IMG/VR virus record: IMGVR_UViG_3300034062_004781
Strand: one strand, 5' to 3'
Length of the DNA stretch: 20,000 nucleotides
DNA from: an uncultured virus (IMG/VR IMGVR_UViG_3300034062_004781)
Taxonomy: Duplodnaviria; Heunggongvirae; Uroviricota; Caudoviricetes
Shown in pieces: positions 1 through 6,811 of this stretch (within the stretch, counting starts at the first letter, position 1; each line of letters begins with the position of its first letter). The position numbers and the translations under genes are program-made. The notes below the pieces were generated by a model. It did not search any database. It had not been told where the DNA came from and saw nothing but the letters and a program-made list of their open reading frames with translations.

Positions 1-1326
1 GTTCTGCCTCGCACCTGTGTCCGCCATGAGGAAGCCGGGGAAGTTCGCATACATGCCGGCGTCCAGCATTTCGCGCCACGCGGCAGTAACCGCATTTGTG
101 GTATTACCCAGAATATGAAGTAGACCGATATCGTAAAAACCCATACCGGGAACAAACTGATATTTGACAAAATTGACGCGAGCCTCTGGCAGCTCGTCGC
201 CCTCTTCACCTGTGGGCTCATCGTAGTTCCTCACGATTGAGAGGATTTCCCTTGAGCTTTTGTCGATTGTTACACGATACGGGATCTCGAGCCCCGTTAT
301 CTTACCTTTGTATTTATGTTCGAAGCCGCGAATGTCTAACTCGCAATAAACCTCATAGATCTCGCGATCACGGTCATCAGGATTGCGCGCCTCGACAGCA
401 ATGCCTTGCTGATCTGCCTTCTCGCGCTTTACGGCGTCGGCTTCTTCGAAGCTCGGCGTTCCGAGATCAACGTCGCGATAAACGCCAAGGATCTGAAGTC
501 GCTTGACGGTAGATGGCTTGAGGCTGACGCGATGCGTAATGCGTTTAGCCGTGCTGAGATCGGTTGCCGCGTTATTGACGATGAGATCATCAGCGTCAAC
601 AGATTCGGAAACCGGGCGTCCTCTAAGCGGACAGAAATAGACTTTCTTGAAAGCCGTTCCGCCAAAGCCCAGCATGAGAAGCATTCGATCCGTGTCAGGG
701 TAATACTCCTTCGCGACAGCCGTCAGATAATGATTGAGATCTGACTCGAGCGCATTGGCGCGCTCGTCTTCTTCAATCGTCGTGCCATCAGCTTCGCTGC
801 GCACCTTCACAGGACCATCGGTCGGCAACAGCTCGCTGCGCGCATTAGCCTGAAAGCGCAACACCGCTTCAAGAAGAAGCGGATGACGCACCTTCGACAT
901 GCCTTCGACCGGAGCGCCATCAGACGCGCCCTGCAGGCCGGGGATCTCGATCTTCAAGCCAAGCAGCTTGATGCCCTGCGCACGATCCTCGATCCAATCC
1001 TGACGGCTTGTCAGATCGTCTTCGATGCCACGCAGCAAGTCATCGGCAATCATGCCAAGATCGCTGCCGTCGATGTCTTCGACAAGATTGTCGAACCAGC
1101 CCGGCGGGTTCTCGCCTTCGGCGCGCTCCACAGGGTTGCCGTCGAGCGAAACGCTCACCGAGCCATCATCGTGCTCGATGCGCAGAATATTGCCCTTGTC
1201 GTCGGTCTCTGGTTTGTCGTGACCTTGCTCGATCTCGACAAGGATGTCTTCAAGGCCGCCAAGGCCGCCGGTCGGCACCCCTTCTTGCTGGCGGAGTGAA
1301 GGTGTGAGCCCGGGCGTCAATGGCAT
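1..1326 (-). CDS. Phage portal protein, N-terminal part (runs off the window's left edge)
   Basis: Manual translation gives an open frame from ATG at 1326 to the edge: MPLTPGLTPSLRQQEG...DDLTSRQDWIEDRAQGIKLLGLK...HPLLLEAVLRFQANARSELLPTDGPVK...GTAFKKVYF...FVKYQFVPGMGFYDIGLLHILG. These motifs resemble podovirus-type portal proteins and the gene lies downstream of TerL. It is absent from the ORF track because there is no stop codon in the window. Confidence 0.85.
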   Translation of the reverse strand, partial: MPLTPGLTPSLRQQEGVPTGGLGGLEDILVEIEQGHDKPETDDKGNILRIEHDDGSVSVSLDGNPVERAEGENPPGWFDNLVEDIDGSDLGMIADDLLRGIEDDLTSRQDWIEDRAQGIKLLGLKIEIPGLQGASDGAPVEGMSKVRHPLLLEAVLRFQANARSELLPTDGPVKVRSEADGTTIEEDERANALESDLNHYLTAVAKEYYPDTDRMLLMLGFGGTAFKKVYFCPLRGRPVSESVDADDLIVNNAATDLSTAKRITHRVSLKPSTVKRLQILGVYRDVDLGTPSFEEADAVKREKADQQGIAVEARNPDDRDREIYEVYCELDIRGFEHKYKGKITGLEIPYRVTIDKSSREILSIVRNYDEPTGEEGDELPEARVNFVKYQFVPGMGFYDIGLLHILGNTTNAVTAAWREMLDAGMYANFPGFLMADTGARQN

Positions 1327-1328
1327 GA

Positions 1329-1547
1329 TCAGTCTTCCTTGTCCTCATCGATGAGGCGTGAAATTTCGTCGACGAAACGCTCGAGGCCTTCGCGCGCAGC
1401 CATATTATCATCTTTGGCTTGGATCTCATAGACGCGCACATAATCGTGGGGCTCCTTGCCCCAGACGGTGACGCTGAATTTTCCAAGGCCCTGACCGTGG
1501 GCCGGCGGCTCGTCGATCACGTCGACGACAGCATTTGCATAGATCAT
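1329..1547 (-). CDS. Hypothetical protein (72 aa) between TerL and portal
   Basis: Fills the gap between TerL and portal on the same strand with tight spacing. Confidence 0.75.
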   Translation of the reverse strand: MIYANAVVDVIDEPPAHGQGLGKFSVTVWGKEPHDYVRVYEIQAKDDNMAAREGLERFVDEISRLIDEDKED

Positions 1548-1558
1548 CTTGATTCCAA

Positions 1559-3190
1559 TTAAACGGGATAGAGCGGCTGCGGGCCAGCGCCTTCATGCAT
1601 TCTACTCTCGTCGAGACTGGACGTCCATTCTGCGCCGCGCACAAGGATGCCGATCTCGCGAAGATGCTTCAGCGCCATTGATGTCGTATCGACAAGGTCG
1701 TCATGCTTGCCGCGCGGGAACTGCGCCGCTTGGTTGATGACCATCTCGGCCCAAGGTCGATTGGCAGGCGCGTAGATCAGCCCCTCGGCGAATAGATGCT
1801 GGATCGAGTAGAGACGGGCAAGCTTGTCGAGCCCCTTCGGGTCAATCAGCTGGACGGCGAATTCATCGTATCCGTAGACGCGACGGATTTCCTGCGCCAC
1901 GCTGTAGCCGCTGGCTTTGTTCTCGATGAGCAATTTCTCGACGCCATAATTGTCCATCGTCTCCTGCACCTTATCGATCAGCTCGTGCAGCTCGAGGCGC
2001 TCAGCCCATGCATACATGAGCATGCAGCGCGGGTGTTCTTCCTTATATTGGCGATTGAGGATCGCCATCTGGCCGTCTTTGTCGAGCGCCCGGGTGACGA
2101 CGGCTGTCTGGTCGCCGCCCTTCCAGACGCCCCAGACGGTCATGGCGCTCGGATCGTTCTCGGCCTTGGTTGTATAGGCAGTGTCGATTGAGGCTATGAC
2201 GTAGTCAAAGGGCGGGTATGACGGCTGATCCCAGCGGATCCACCAGTCGCGCTTGATGACGCCGCCGCCGCGCGGCTCGGGGCTTTGCTGGAACTGCCCG
2301 GCTGTGGCGTAGGGGCCCAGAGAGTTTTCATCCCTATCGACCACAATCTCGGGAAAACGAGCCGGAAAAAGAAGCTGCCCCTCTTCGGTTCTGGGGTCTT
2401 CAGTTCCGAGCAATGTCTCATGTGCTCGCCCCGGGTCGTAGCGCATCGGAAGCATAATATGGTCATAACCGAGATCCTTGCTCAGGATGACGCCCGACAC
2501 GTCCTCTTCGTGCAGGCGCTGCATGATGACGATGATGGCTGATTCGAGCGGCTTGTTCAGACGGGTTGGGACGGCCTCGAGAAACCACTCGATGGTGCTC
2601 GCGCGCTGCTGATCAGAGTTCGCACCTTCAACGCTGTGCGGGTCGTCGATGATGACGCGGTCGCCGCGCGCGCCGGTAATGGAGCCGGCGGCCACAGCCT
2701 GCCGGAAGCCGGTCGAGGTCAGTTCGAACTTGGTTTTCTGATTTTGATCTTTGGTGATCTGGACGCGGTCGCCCCAGCGCTCCTGATACCATTCTGATTC
2801 GATCAGGCGTCGCATCTTGGTCGAATCACGGATGGCAAGATCCATCGAGTGTGACGCGCAGAGATAGCGCAGGTGCGGCATGTTCTTCGGCCCCCATTCC
2901 CATGAAGGCCAAAAGACGTTTGTGAGGAGCGACTTCATCATGCCCGGCGGCACGTTGATCAGCAGACGATTGTATTTCGTTCCGTCGTCGAACTCGACGC
3001 CATATGTGATGGCCTCGAGATGCTCGCAGATGATGTCAACGTGCCAATTGTGAATGTAGTCTGCACCGGGCTCGACGATGTGCCACGCCTGACGAATAAA
3101 CTCTGCAAGACTTTCTTCGCACTCGTCGCGGCTGATATCAATTAGCGTTTTACGAGCGTCGATCTTTTTGCCGAATAATTCGACGATCAA
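1559..3190 (-). CDS. terL: Terminase large subunit
   Basis: Walker A-like INVPPGMMKS, Walker B VIIDDP, coupling motif IMQRLHEED, RNase H-like nuclease motifs SIDTA and HDDLVD. The ORF track starts at 3211, but TTG at 3190 has an AAGGGA SD and overlaps the upstream stop (TTGA). Confidence 0.95.
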   Translation of the reverse strand: MIVELFGKKIDARKTLIDISRDECEESLAEFIRQAWHIVEPGADYIHNWHVDIICEHLEAITYGVEFDDGTKYNRLLINVPPGMMKSLLTNVFWPSWEWGPKNMPHLRYLCASHSMDLAIRDSTKMRRLIESEWYQERWGDRVQITKDQNQKTKFELTSTGFRQAVAAGSITGARGDRVIIDDPHSVEGANSDQQRASTIEWFLEAVPTRLNKPLESAIIVIMQRLHEEDVSGVILSKDLGYDHIMLPMRYDPGRAHETLLGTEDPRTEEGQLLFPARFPEIVVDRDENSLGPYATAGQFQQSPEPRGGGVIKRDWWIRWDQPSYPPFDYVIASIDTAYTTKAENDPSAMTVWGVWKGGDQTAVVTRALDKDGQMAILNRQYKEEHPRCMLMYAWAERLELHELIDKVQETMDNYGVEKLLIENKASGYSVAQEIRRVYGYDEFAVQLIDPKGLDKLARLYSIQHLFAEGLIYAPANRPWAEMVINQAAQFPRGKHDDLVDTTSMALKHLREIGILVRGAEWTSSLDESRMHEGAGPQPLYPV

Positions 3191-3456
3191 TGCGGCGTCC
3201 CTTCGATCCACGCAGTCATATTATTTTTCTTCGCGAGCATCACCGACCTATTTATCGCCTCGGTGAACATTTCAAATTCTTCTTTGACGTCTTTCTCTTG
3301 CGTAACCATCGAGCACAACATACACGAAGCGGCTGAGGCCAAGATCTGCAAAGCGAAGTGCGCGTCATCTTGCTTTTGCAAAACCGCCATCACATCCTTT
3401 ACGCCCTCAACCAGCTCCCGCAGCTCCTCACTGATCTCGCCTTCATTGTCGTTCAT
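3187..3456 (-). CDS. Hypothetical protein (89 aa) between TerS and TerL
   Basis: Overlaps both neighbours by 4 nt, suggesting translational coupling. Confidence 0.75.
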   Translation of the reverse strand: MNDNEGEISEELRELVEGVKDVMAVLQKQDDAHFALQILASAASCMLCSMVTQEKDVKEEFEMFTEAINRSVMLAKKNNMTAWIEGTPH

Positions 3457-3911
3457 TTATCGTCCGCCACAGCCATGAGCGCCGCTTTCAGCGCTTCACG
3501 CTGTTCTGCGTCGAGAGCCTTCGTATCAATCCGGGCGACGGTCTCGGTCTTGATCGCGCCACCGTCAGCGCCGGTGACTTCTGTCACCTTGCGCTCGGTG
3601 TAGTCTTCGCGGAATCGCGCCTGCATAGACGTGCGCCAGACGACCGCGTTGAACTTGTCCATGAACATGCCGCGACGCCCTGCGTTCTCCCACCACTGCT
3701 GCTCGAGCATCTTCGCGCGCGTAAGGGCTGTCGAAAATTCTTCATGAGAGGCGGCCCAATCATAGAGCGTCGGCCTATCCACATCGCATGCGAGCGCCCA
3801 ATCGACCGGCCCAGCGCCTTCTACAGCCAGCTCGACGATCTTCTCGCAGAACTCCGGCTTATACTTGCTCGGGCGGCCCACAGGGCGCTTTTTGGGGGCT
3901 TCTTCGGCCAT
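3453..3911 (-). CDS. terS: Terminase small subunit
   Basis: GRPSKYKPEFCEKI...CDVDRPTLYDWAASHEEFSTALTRAK HTH N-terminus and EVTGADGGAI C-terminal motif, typical of Sf6/P22-like TerS. Located upstream of TerL. Confidence 0.85.
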   Translation of the reverse strand: MAEEAPKKRPVGRPSKYKPEFCEKIVELAVEGAGPVDWALACDVDRPTLYDWAASHEEFSTALTRAKMLEQQWWENAGRRGMFMDKFNAVVWRTSMQARFREDYTERKVTEVTGADGGAIKTETVARIDTKALDAEQREALKAALMAVADDK

Positions 3912-4153
3912 CAGAAATCATCCTCGCTGATCAACTTGCGCATCTCTTTTATCCTGTTGCGCAGTTCATCTGACTGTCGTCGCAGATCGTTTGCAACATC
4001 CTCGAGGATATTGAGCTGTGTTTTTACATATTCAACGGGCATTATCTTCTGCAGATTTATATGCCTGTTGGCTTCTTGATCATCCTCGATGTAAACGTCT
4101 TGGCCTTCCAGCCAAGCCTTTTCATTTTTCCCGAGCGGTCTATCGAACGTCAT
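3911..4153 (-). CDS. Hypothetical protein (80 aa) with C-terminal coiled coil
   Basis: TGATG stop/start overlap with terS. Confidence 0.7.
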   Translation of the reverse strand: MTFDRPLGKNEKAWLEGQDVYIEDDQEANRHINLQKIMPVEYVKTQLNILEDVANDLRRQSDELRNRIKEMRKLISEDDF

Positions 4154-4154
4154 C

Positions 4155-4295
4155 TCAATTACAATTCTCTGGCTGGGTTACGGTGCAGTGAAAGATATAC
4201 TTAGCGGGGGTGCATCCTGCTAGGGCTGCGACGCCCAAAAGTAGAAAGCTGTAGGTTGCTGCCACGATCAGCGCCCGCAAAGTAATTTCTTTCAT
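4155..4295 (-). CDS. Small predicted lipoprotein (46 aa), not in the ORF track
   Basis: Strong SD GGGAGG, then MKEITLRALIVAATYSFLLLGVAALAG-CTPAKYIFHCTVTQPENCN*. Basic N-terminus, hydrophobic core and canonical LAGC lipobox. Confidence 0.75.
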   Translation of the reverse strand: MKEITLRALIVAATYSFLLLGVAALAGCTPAKYIFHCTVTQPENCN

Positions 4296-4316
4296 AACTC
4301 ACCCTCCCGTTAGTTA

Positions 4317-4348
4317 GCCGGGACATGATAACACATCCCGGCCTTTTT
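4317..4348. terminator. GC-rich hairpin just downstream of gapR
   Basis: Minus strand GCCGGGATGTG-TTAT-CATGTCCCGGC forms 11 bp including G-U pairs. The T-run (4344-4348) is on the + strand, so the direction of action is unclear. Confidence 0.5.
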
Positions 4349-4353
4349 GTTAC

Positions 4354-4662
4354 TTATTCAAAATCGCTGTCGTCATCTTCGTCGACAGAAGACGCTGCTC
4401 GATCCATCGCTGCTTTTCCCAAGGGGGTGTCTGCCAGCATCCCCAGAGCATCCATGTAAACTGAAAGTAGAGCCTGCTCCTCTGCTCTCTTTGAAGCATC
4501 CTTCTTGCGAAGAGCCAGAACCTTTTTAATGATTTTAGGATCGAAGCCATTGGCCTTCGCCTCGGAGAATACGGACTTAACGTCATCGGCGAGCGCCGTG
4601 CGTTCCTCTTCTAACTTTTCGATTCGCTCAACAAGAGCCTTGAGCTGGTTGTTTGACGACAT
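4354..4662 (-). CDS. gapR: GapR/DUF2312-family nucleoid-associated protein
   Basis: QLKALVERIEKLEEERTALADDVKSVFSEAKANGFDPKIIKKVLALRKKD...EEQALLSVYMDALGM matches the DUF2312 (UPF0335) consensus. Confidence 0.92.
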   Translation of the reverse strand: MSSNNQLKALVERIEKLEEERTALADDVKSVFSEAKANGFDPKIIKKVLALRKKDASKRAEEQALLSVYMDALGMLADTPLGKAAMDRAASSVDEDDDSDFE

Positions 4663-4837
4663 TGTCTAATCCTTCTTCCAGTTGTCTACATATGTGCTCT
4701 GCAGCCGAACGACAATAATCGCACGGCTCTTGGCATGTTTCTGTTGATATTTGAGGGACCATTTGCCCGGATATATCAATAGAGACATTGAAGCCGCAGA
4801 TCGCGGCTGAAATTATTTTCAATTTTTTTTCGTCCAT
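4628..4837 (-). CDS. Cys-rich hypothetical protein (69 aa)
   Basis: First gene of the leftward unit, start context GGAAAATTGACATG, Cys cluster CQEPCDYC. Confidence 0.6.
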   Translation of the reverse strand: MDEKKLKIISAAICGFNVSIDISGQMVPQISTETCQEPCDYCRSAAEHICRQLEEGLDNVVKQPAQGSC

Positions 4838-4850
4838 GTCAATTTTCCGC

Positions 4851-4879
4851 TTGTAGAGTGAAGAAACTTCATATATGGT
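4851..4879 (+). promoter_or_regulatory. Sigma70-like promoter P1 with a palindromic operator in its spacer
   Basis: TTGTAG-N17-TATGGT. The spacer contains TGAAG-AAA-CTTCA (4859-4871). It lies directly upstream of the early operon. Confidence 0.65.
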
Positions 4880-4914
4880 GATTCTATTGATTGAGATTGA
4901 ACTGGAGACTGACC

Positions 4915-5217
4915 ATGAACAACACCGCTGCTCTCGCCGACGCCTACGCCGCTCTCAAGCACGAGGAAGCCTCCATAAAGGCTCGCCTCGAAACGCTCAA
5001 GGGCGAAATCGTCTCCTACGGCGAGAAGGAGCTGGTCGGCGACACCTGCATCGTGGCGCTGGTCGAGAAGAAGGGCGCTTCGACGCTCGACAAGGATGCC
5101 GCGCTGAATCTGCTGCGTTCGCTCGGTGCCTCTGACGAGCAGATCGCCAGCCTGACGAAGATCGGCAAGCCGTCGACGTCACTGCTGATCAAGCCGAAGC
5201 TGTCGCTGGCTATATAA
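4915..5217 (+). CDS. Hypothetical early protein (100 aa), coiled-coil N-terminus
   Basis: SD GGAGA with ATG at 4915 (MNNTAALADAYAALKHEE...). The TAA stop abuts hammerhead 1. Confidence 0.85.
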   Translation: MNNTAALADAYAALKHEEASIKARLETLKGEIVSYGEKELVGDTCIVALVEKKGASTLDKDAALNLLRSLGASDEQIASLTKIGKPSTSLLIKPKLSLAI

Positions 5218-5271
5218 GGTCGAAACGGGGCTCCGGCCCCGTCTGTCCGTCAAGCGGGCACTGATGAGACC
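5218..5271 (+). ncRNA. Hammerhead ribozyme, type II (copy 1); predicted cleavage after C5243
   Basis: GGUC-GAA-[ACGGGGC UCCG GCCCCGU]-C-[UGUCCG UCAAG CGGGCA]-CUGAUGA-GACC. Complete CUGAUGA and GAAA core, GUC cleavage triplet, three stems with stem II open. Confidence 0.95.
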
Positions 5272-5284
5272 GATGGAGATTGAT

Positions 5285-5437
5285 ATGATCAAGGTGCGCA
5301 AAAACTCGAAGATCAAAGTGTGGAACATCTATGCGTTCGATGGCGAGAACCTCGGCACCTATTCGTTCCATACGCAGGAGGTGAAAGCTTATTTTCCCGG
5401 CTGCACGATCAAGGGCAACAACGTCTACCTTTTGTAA
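5285..5437 (+). CDS. Small hypothetical protein (50 aa) bracketed by two hammerheads, not in the ORF track
   Basis: ATGGAGATTGATATG start motif, then MIKVRKNSKIKVWNIYAFDGENLGTYSFHTQEVKAYFPGCTIKGNNVYLL*. The TAA stop abuts hammerhead 2. Confidence 0.85.
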   Translation: MIKVRKNSKIKVWNIYAFDGENLGTYSFHTQEVKAYFPGCTIKGNNVYLL

Positions 5438-5489
5438 GGTCGAAACGCTCTTCGGAGCGTCTGACGGTCAGGCCGTCACTGATGAGACC
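5438..5489 (+). ncRNA. Hammerhead ribozyme, type II (copy 2); predicted cleavage after C5461
   Basis: GGUC-GAA-[ACGCUC UUCG GAGCGU]-C-[UGACGG UCAGG CCGUCA]-CUGAUGA-GACC. Core identical to copy 1 with compensatory changes in stems I and III. Confidence 0.95.
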
Positions 5490-5502
5490 AAGGAGAATTG
5501 AC

Positions 5503-5733
5503 ATGCGTTCTATTGCTGTTATCGCTCGCGAGATCCGCGCTGATTGGAAGAAGCCTTACTTTGGCGCTGTGCCGTATCTCGATGCAATGTGCGAGCTTAA
5601 TTCAATCAACGACAACTATTACTATGATAGCGGCGAATCAGTCGTTCGTTATTTTCTTGCCAACGCCAATACATGGCGCGGCGAGAAGGCTCGCGCTGTT
5701 AAAGCTGAACTCAAAAAGATTTTGGGAGAGTGA
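5503..5733 (+). CDS. Conserved-looking phage hypothetical protein (76 aa)
   Basis: SD AAGGAG with ATG at 5503: MRSIAVIAREIRADWKKPYFGAVPYLDAM...FLANANTWRGEKARAVKAELKKIL. It resembles a phage family of unknown function (recalled, not searched). Confidence 0.85.
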   Translation: MRSIAVIAREIRADWKKPYFGAVPYLDAMCELNSINDNYYYDSGESVVRYFLANANTWRGEKARAVKAELKKILGE

Positions 5734-5734
5734 T

Positions 5735-6022
5735 ATGAGCGAAGATAAAAAATATACAGCATTCGTTCGCGCAGGCGGAACTTGCTCTTGGTATTGTGCC
5801 GAAGGAAAAACAGAGGCAGCGACGAAAGCCGTTCAACAATACAAGCGCGACTTTAAACACGTCTTCAAGATCAAGAAAGGCGTCGAATACAAGGTCGTCG
5901 TGTTTGACACGACAGGCATTGAAGAATGGGTCACAGATGACGATGGCTTTCTTCATCCATTTTACAATGGCGTCGCAAGCGATCCGATCAAAGATTATGA
6001 GATTGTAAAAGTATATGCTTAA
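5735..6022 (+). CDS. Hypothetical early protein (95 aa)
   Basis: GGGAGAG-TGA-T-ATG coupling to the previous gene; starts MSEDKKYTAF. Confidence 0.8.
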   Translation: MSEDKKYTAFVRAGGTCSWYCAEGKTEAATKAVQQYKRDFKHVFKIKKGVEYKVVVFDTTGIEEWVTDDDGFLHPFYNGVASDPIKDYEIVKVYA

Positions 6023-6024
6023 AC

Positions 6025-6044
6025 GATGGGGCTACGGCCCCATC
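6025..6044 (+). repeat. Intergenic UNCG hairpin GATGGGGC-TACG-GCCCCATC
   Basis: Perfect 8-bp stem just after a stop codon, with no U-tract. Same core as 7147-7164 and as stem III of hammerhead 1. Confidence 0.7.
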
Positions 6045-6061
6045 TAACACCGGAGATTGAT

Positions 6062-6271
6062 ATGCTCGAGATCATCAAGCCAATACCTGATAGCCCTCTG
6101 CATAATGAGAGCGATGCGTCTCTAAAAACGCTGATCAATTATTTTAGAGACGACATGCAGATCAGGCCGAACGCTGTCATCATCGAGCATCATGCAAACA
6201 AGATCGATGAAATATACAAAGTGCTCGGATATCGCTGCGCACTTGAATACATCAAACAGTATGGAGATTGA
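6062..6271 (+). CDS. Hypothetical early protein (69 aa)
   Basis: GGAGATTGATATG start motif; starts MLEIIKPIPD. Confidence 0.8.
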   Translation: MLEIIKPIPDSPLHNESDASLKTLINYFRDDMQIRPNAVIIEHHANKIDEIYKVLGYRCALEYIKQYGD

Positions 6272-6272
6272 T

Positions 6273-6716
6273 ATGGGAACGCGCGCTGTTTACACCTTCA
6301 ACGACGGTGATGATCGCTTTCACGTTTACAAGCACTGGGACGGCTACCCGTTAGGCGCTGCGCTCTTCTTCATGAAGGCCATCCCCTATGCATGGGGCGG
6401 TAAACGCTTTGAAGCTGGCGATTTTGCCGCAGCCTTCATATCTGGCAACAAGCCCGAAGGCGGTGGCGACGTCTACCTTACAAAAGGCCCCAATGCCCAT
6501 TGCGACCTCGAGTATGTGTATGAGCTCTACCAGAACAAGCTGGGTGGCCTGATGATCAAGGCCTACCATATGGACTGGGATGGCGAGACAGACAAGACCA
6601 GCAAGAAGCGGTTCTTCAATGGGTCACTGGTCAGCTTTGTCATGGAGCATGGCGACGACGAAGCCAAGCAAAAGGCCGATGAGCACTGGAATCTGAGCCC
6701 AAAAGCAGCCGCATAA
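6273..6716 (+). CDS. Conserved phage hypothetical protein (147 aa) with M-x-T-R...Y-x-H-W-D-G-Y-P motif
   Basis: Start motif present; MGTRAVYTF...HVYKHWDGYP resembles a widespread phage family of unknown function (recalled, not searched). Confidence 0.85.
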   Translation: MGTRAVYTFNDGDDRFHVYKHWDGYPLGAALFFMKAIPYAWGGKRFEAGDFAAAFISGNKPEGGGDVYLTKGPNAHCDLEYVYELYQNKLGGLMIKAYHMDWDGETDKTSKKRFFNGSLVSFVMEHGDDEAKQKADEHWNLSPKAAA

Positions 6717-6745
6717 AAAAGAGGGCCTTCGGGCCCTTTTTCTTT
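6715..6745 (+). terminator. Rho-independent terminator, possibly bidirectional
   Basis: AAAAAAGAGGGCC-TTCG-GGCCCTTTTTCTTT immediately after a stop codon. Confidence 0.85.
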
Positions 6746-6755
6746 GTCAGGTGAA

Positions 6756-6784
6756 TTGACATAGTGAAGTTTCTTCACTATCCT
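6756..6784 (+). promoter_or_regulatory. Sigma70-like promoter P2 with a perfect palindromic operator
   Basis: TTGACA-N17-TATCCT. ATAGTGAAG-TTT-CTTCACTAT (6761-6781) spans the spacer. Confidence 0.8.
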
Positions 6785-6811
6785 ACGAATCATCAACTGA
6801 TGGAGATTGAT

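Noticed and set aside
237..1307. Plus-strand ORFs over the portal gene, and similar ones over TerL and the primase
   Set aside because: These are antisense shadows of well-supported minus-strand genes in GC-rich DNA.
4628..4837. CxxxCxxC (CQEPCDYC) as a radical SAM motif
   Set aside because: 69 aa is far too short for a radical SAM barrel. Simple metal binding or chance is more likely.
5320..5502. N-terminal extension of ORF 5320..5733, and similar extensions at 4891, 5498, 6026, 6192, 6764, 6924, 7487 and 7602
   Set aside because: They run through ribozymes, hairpins or other genes. The SD-bearing start motif marks later starts.
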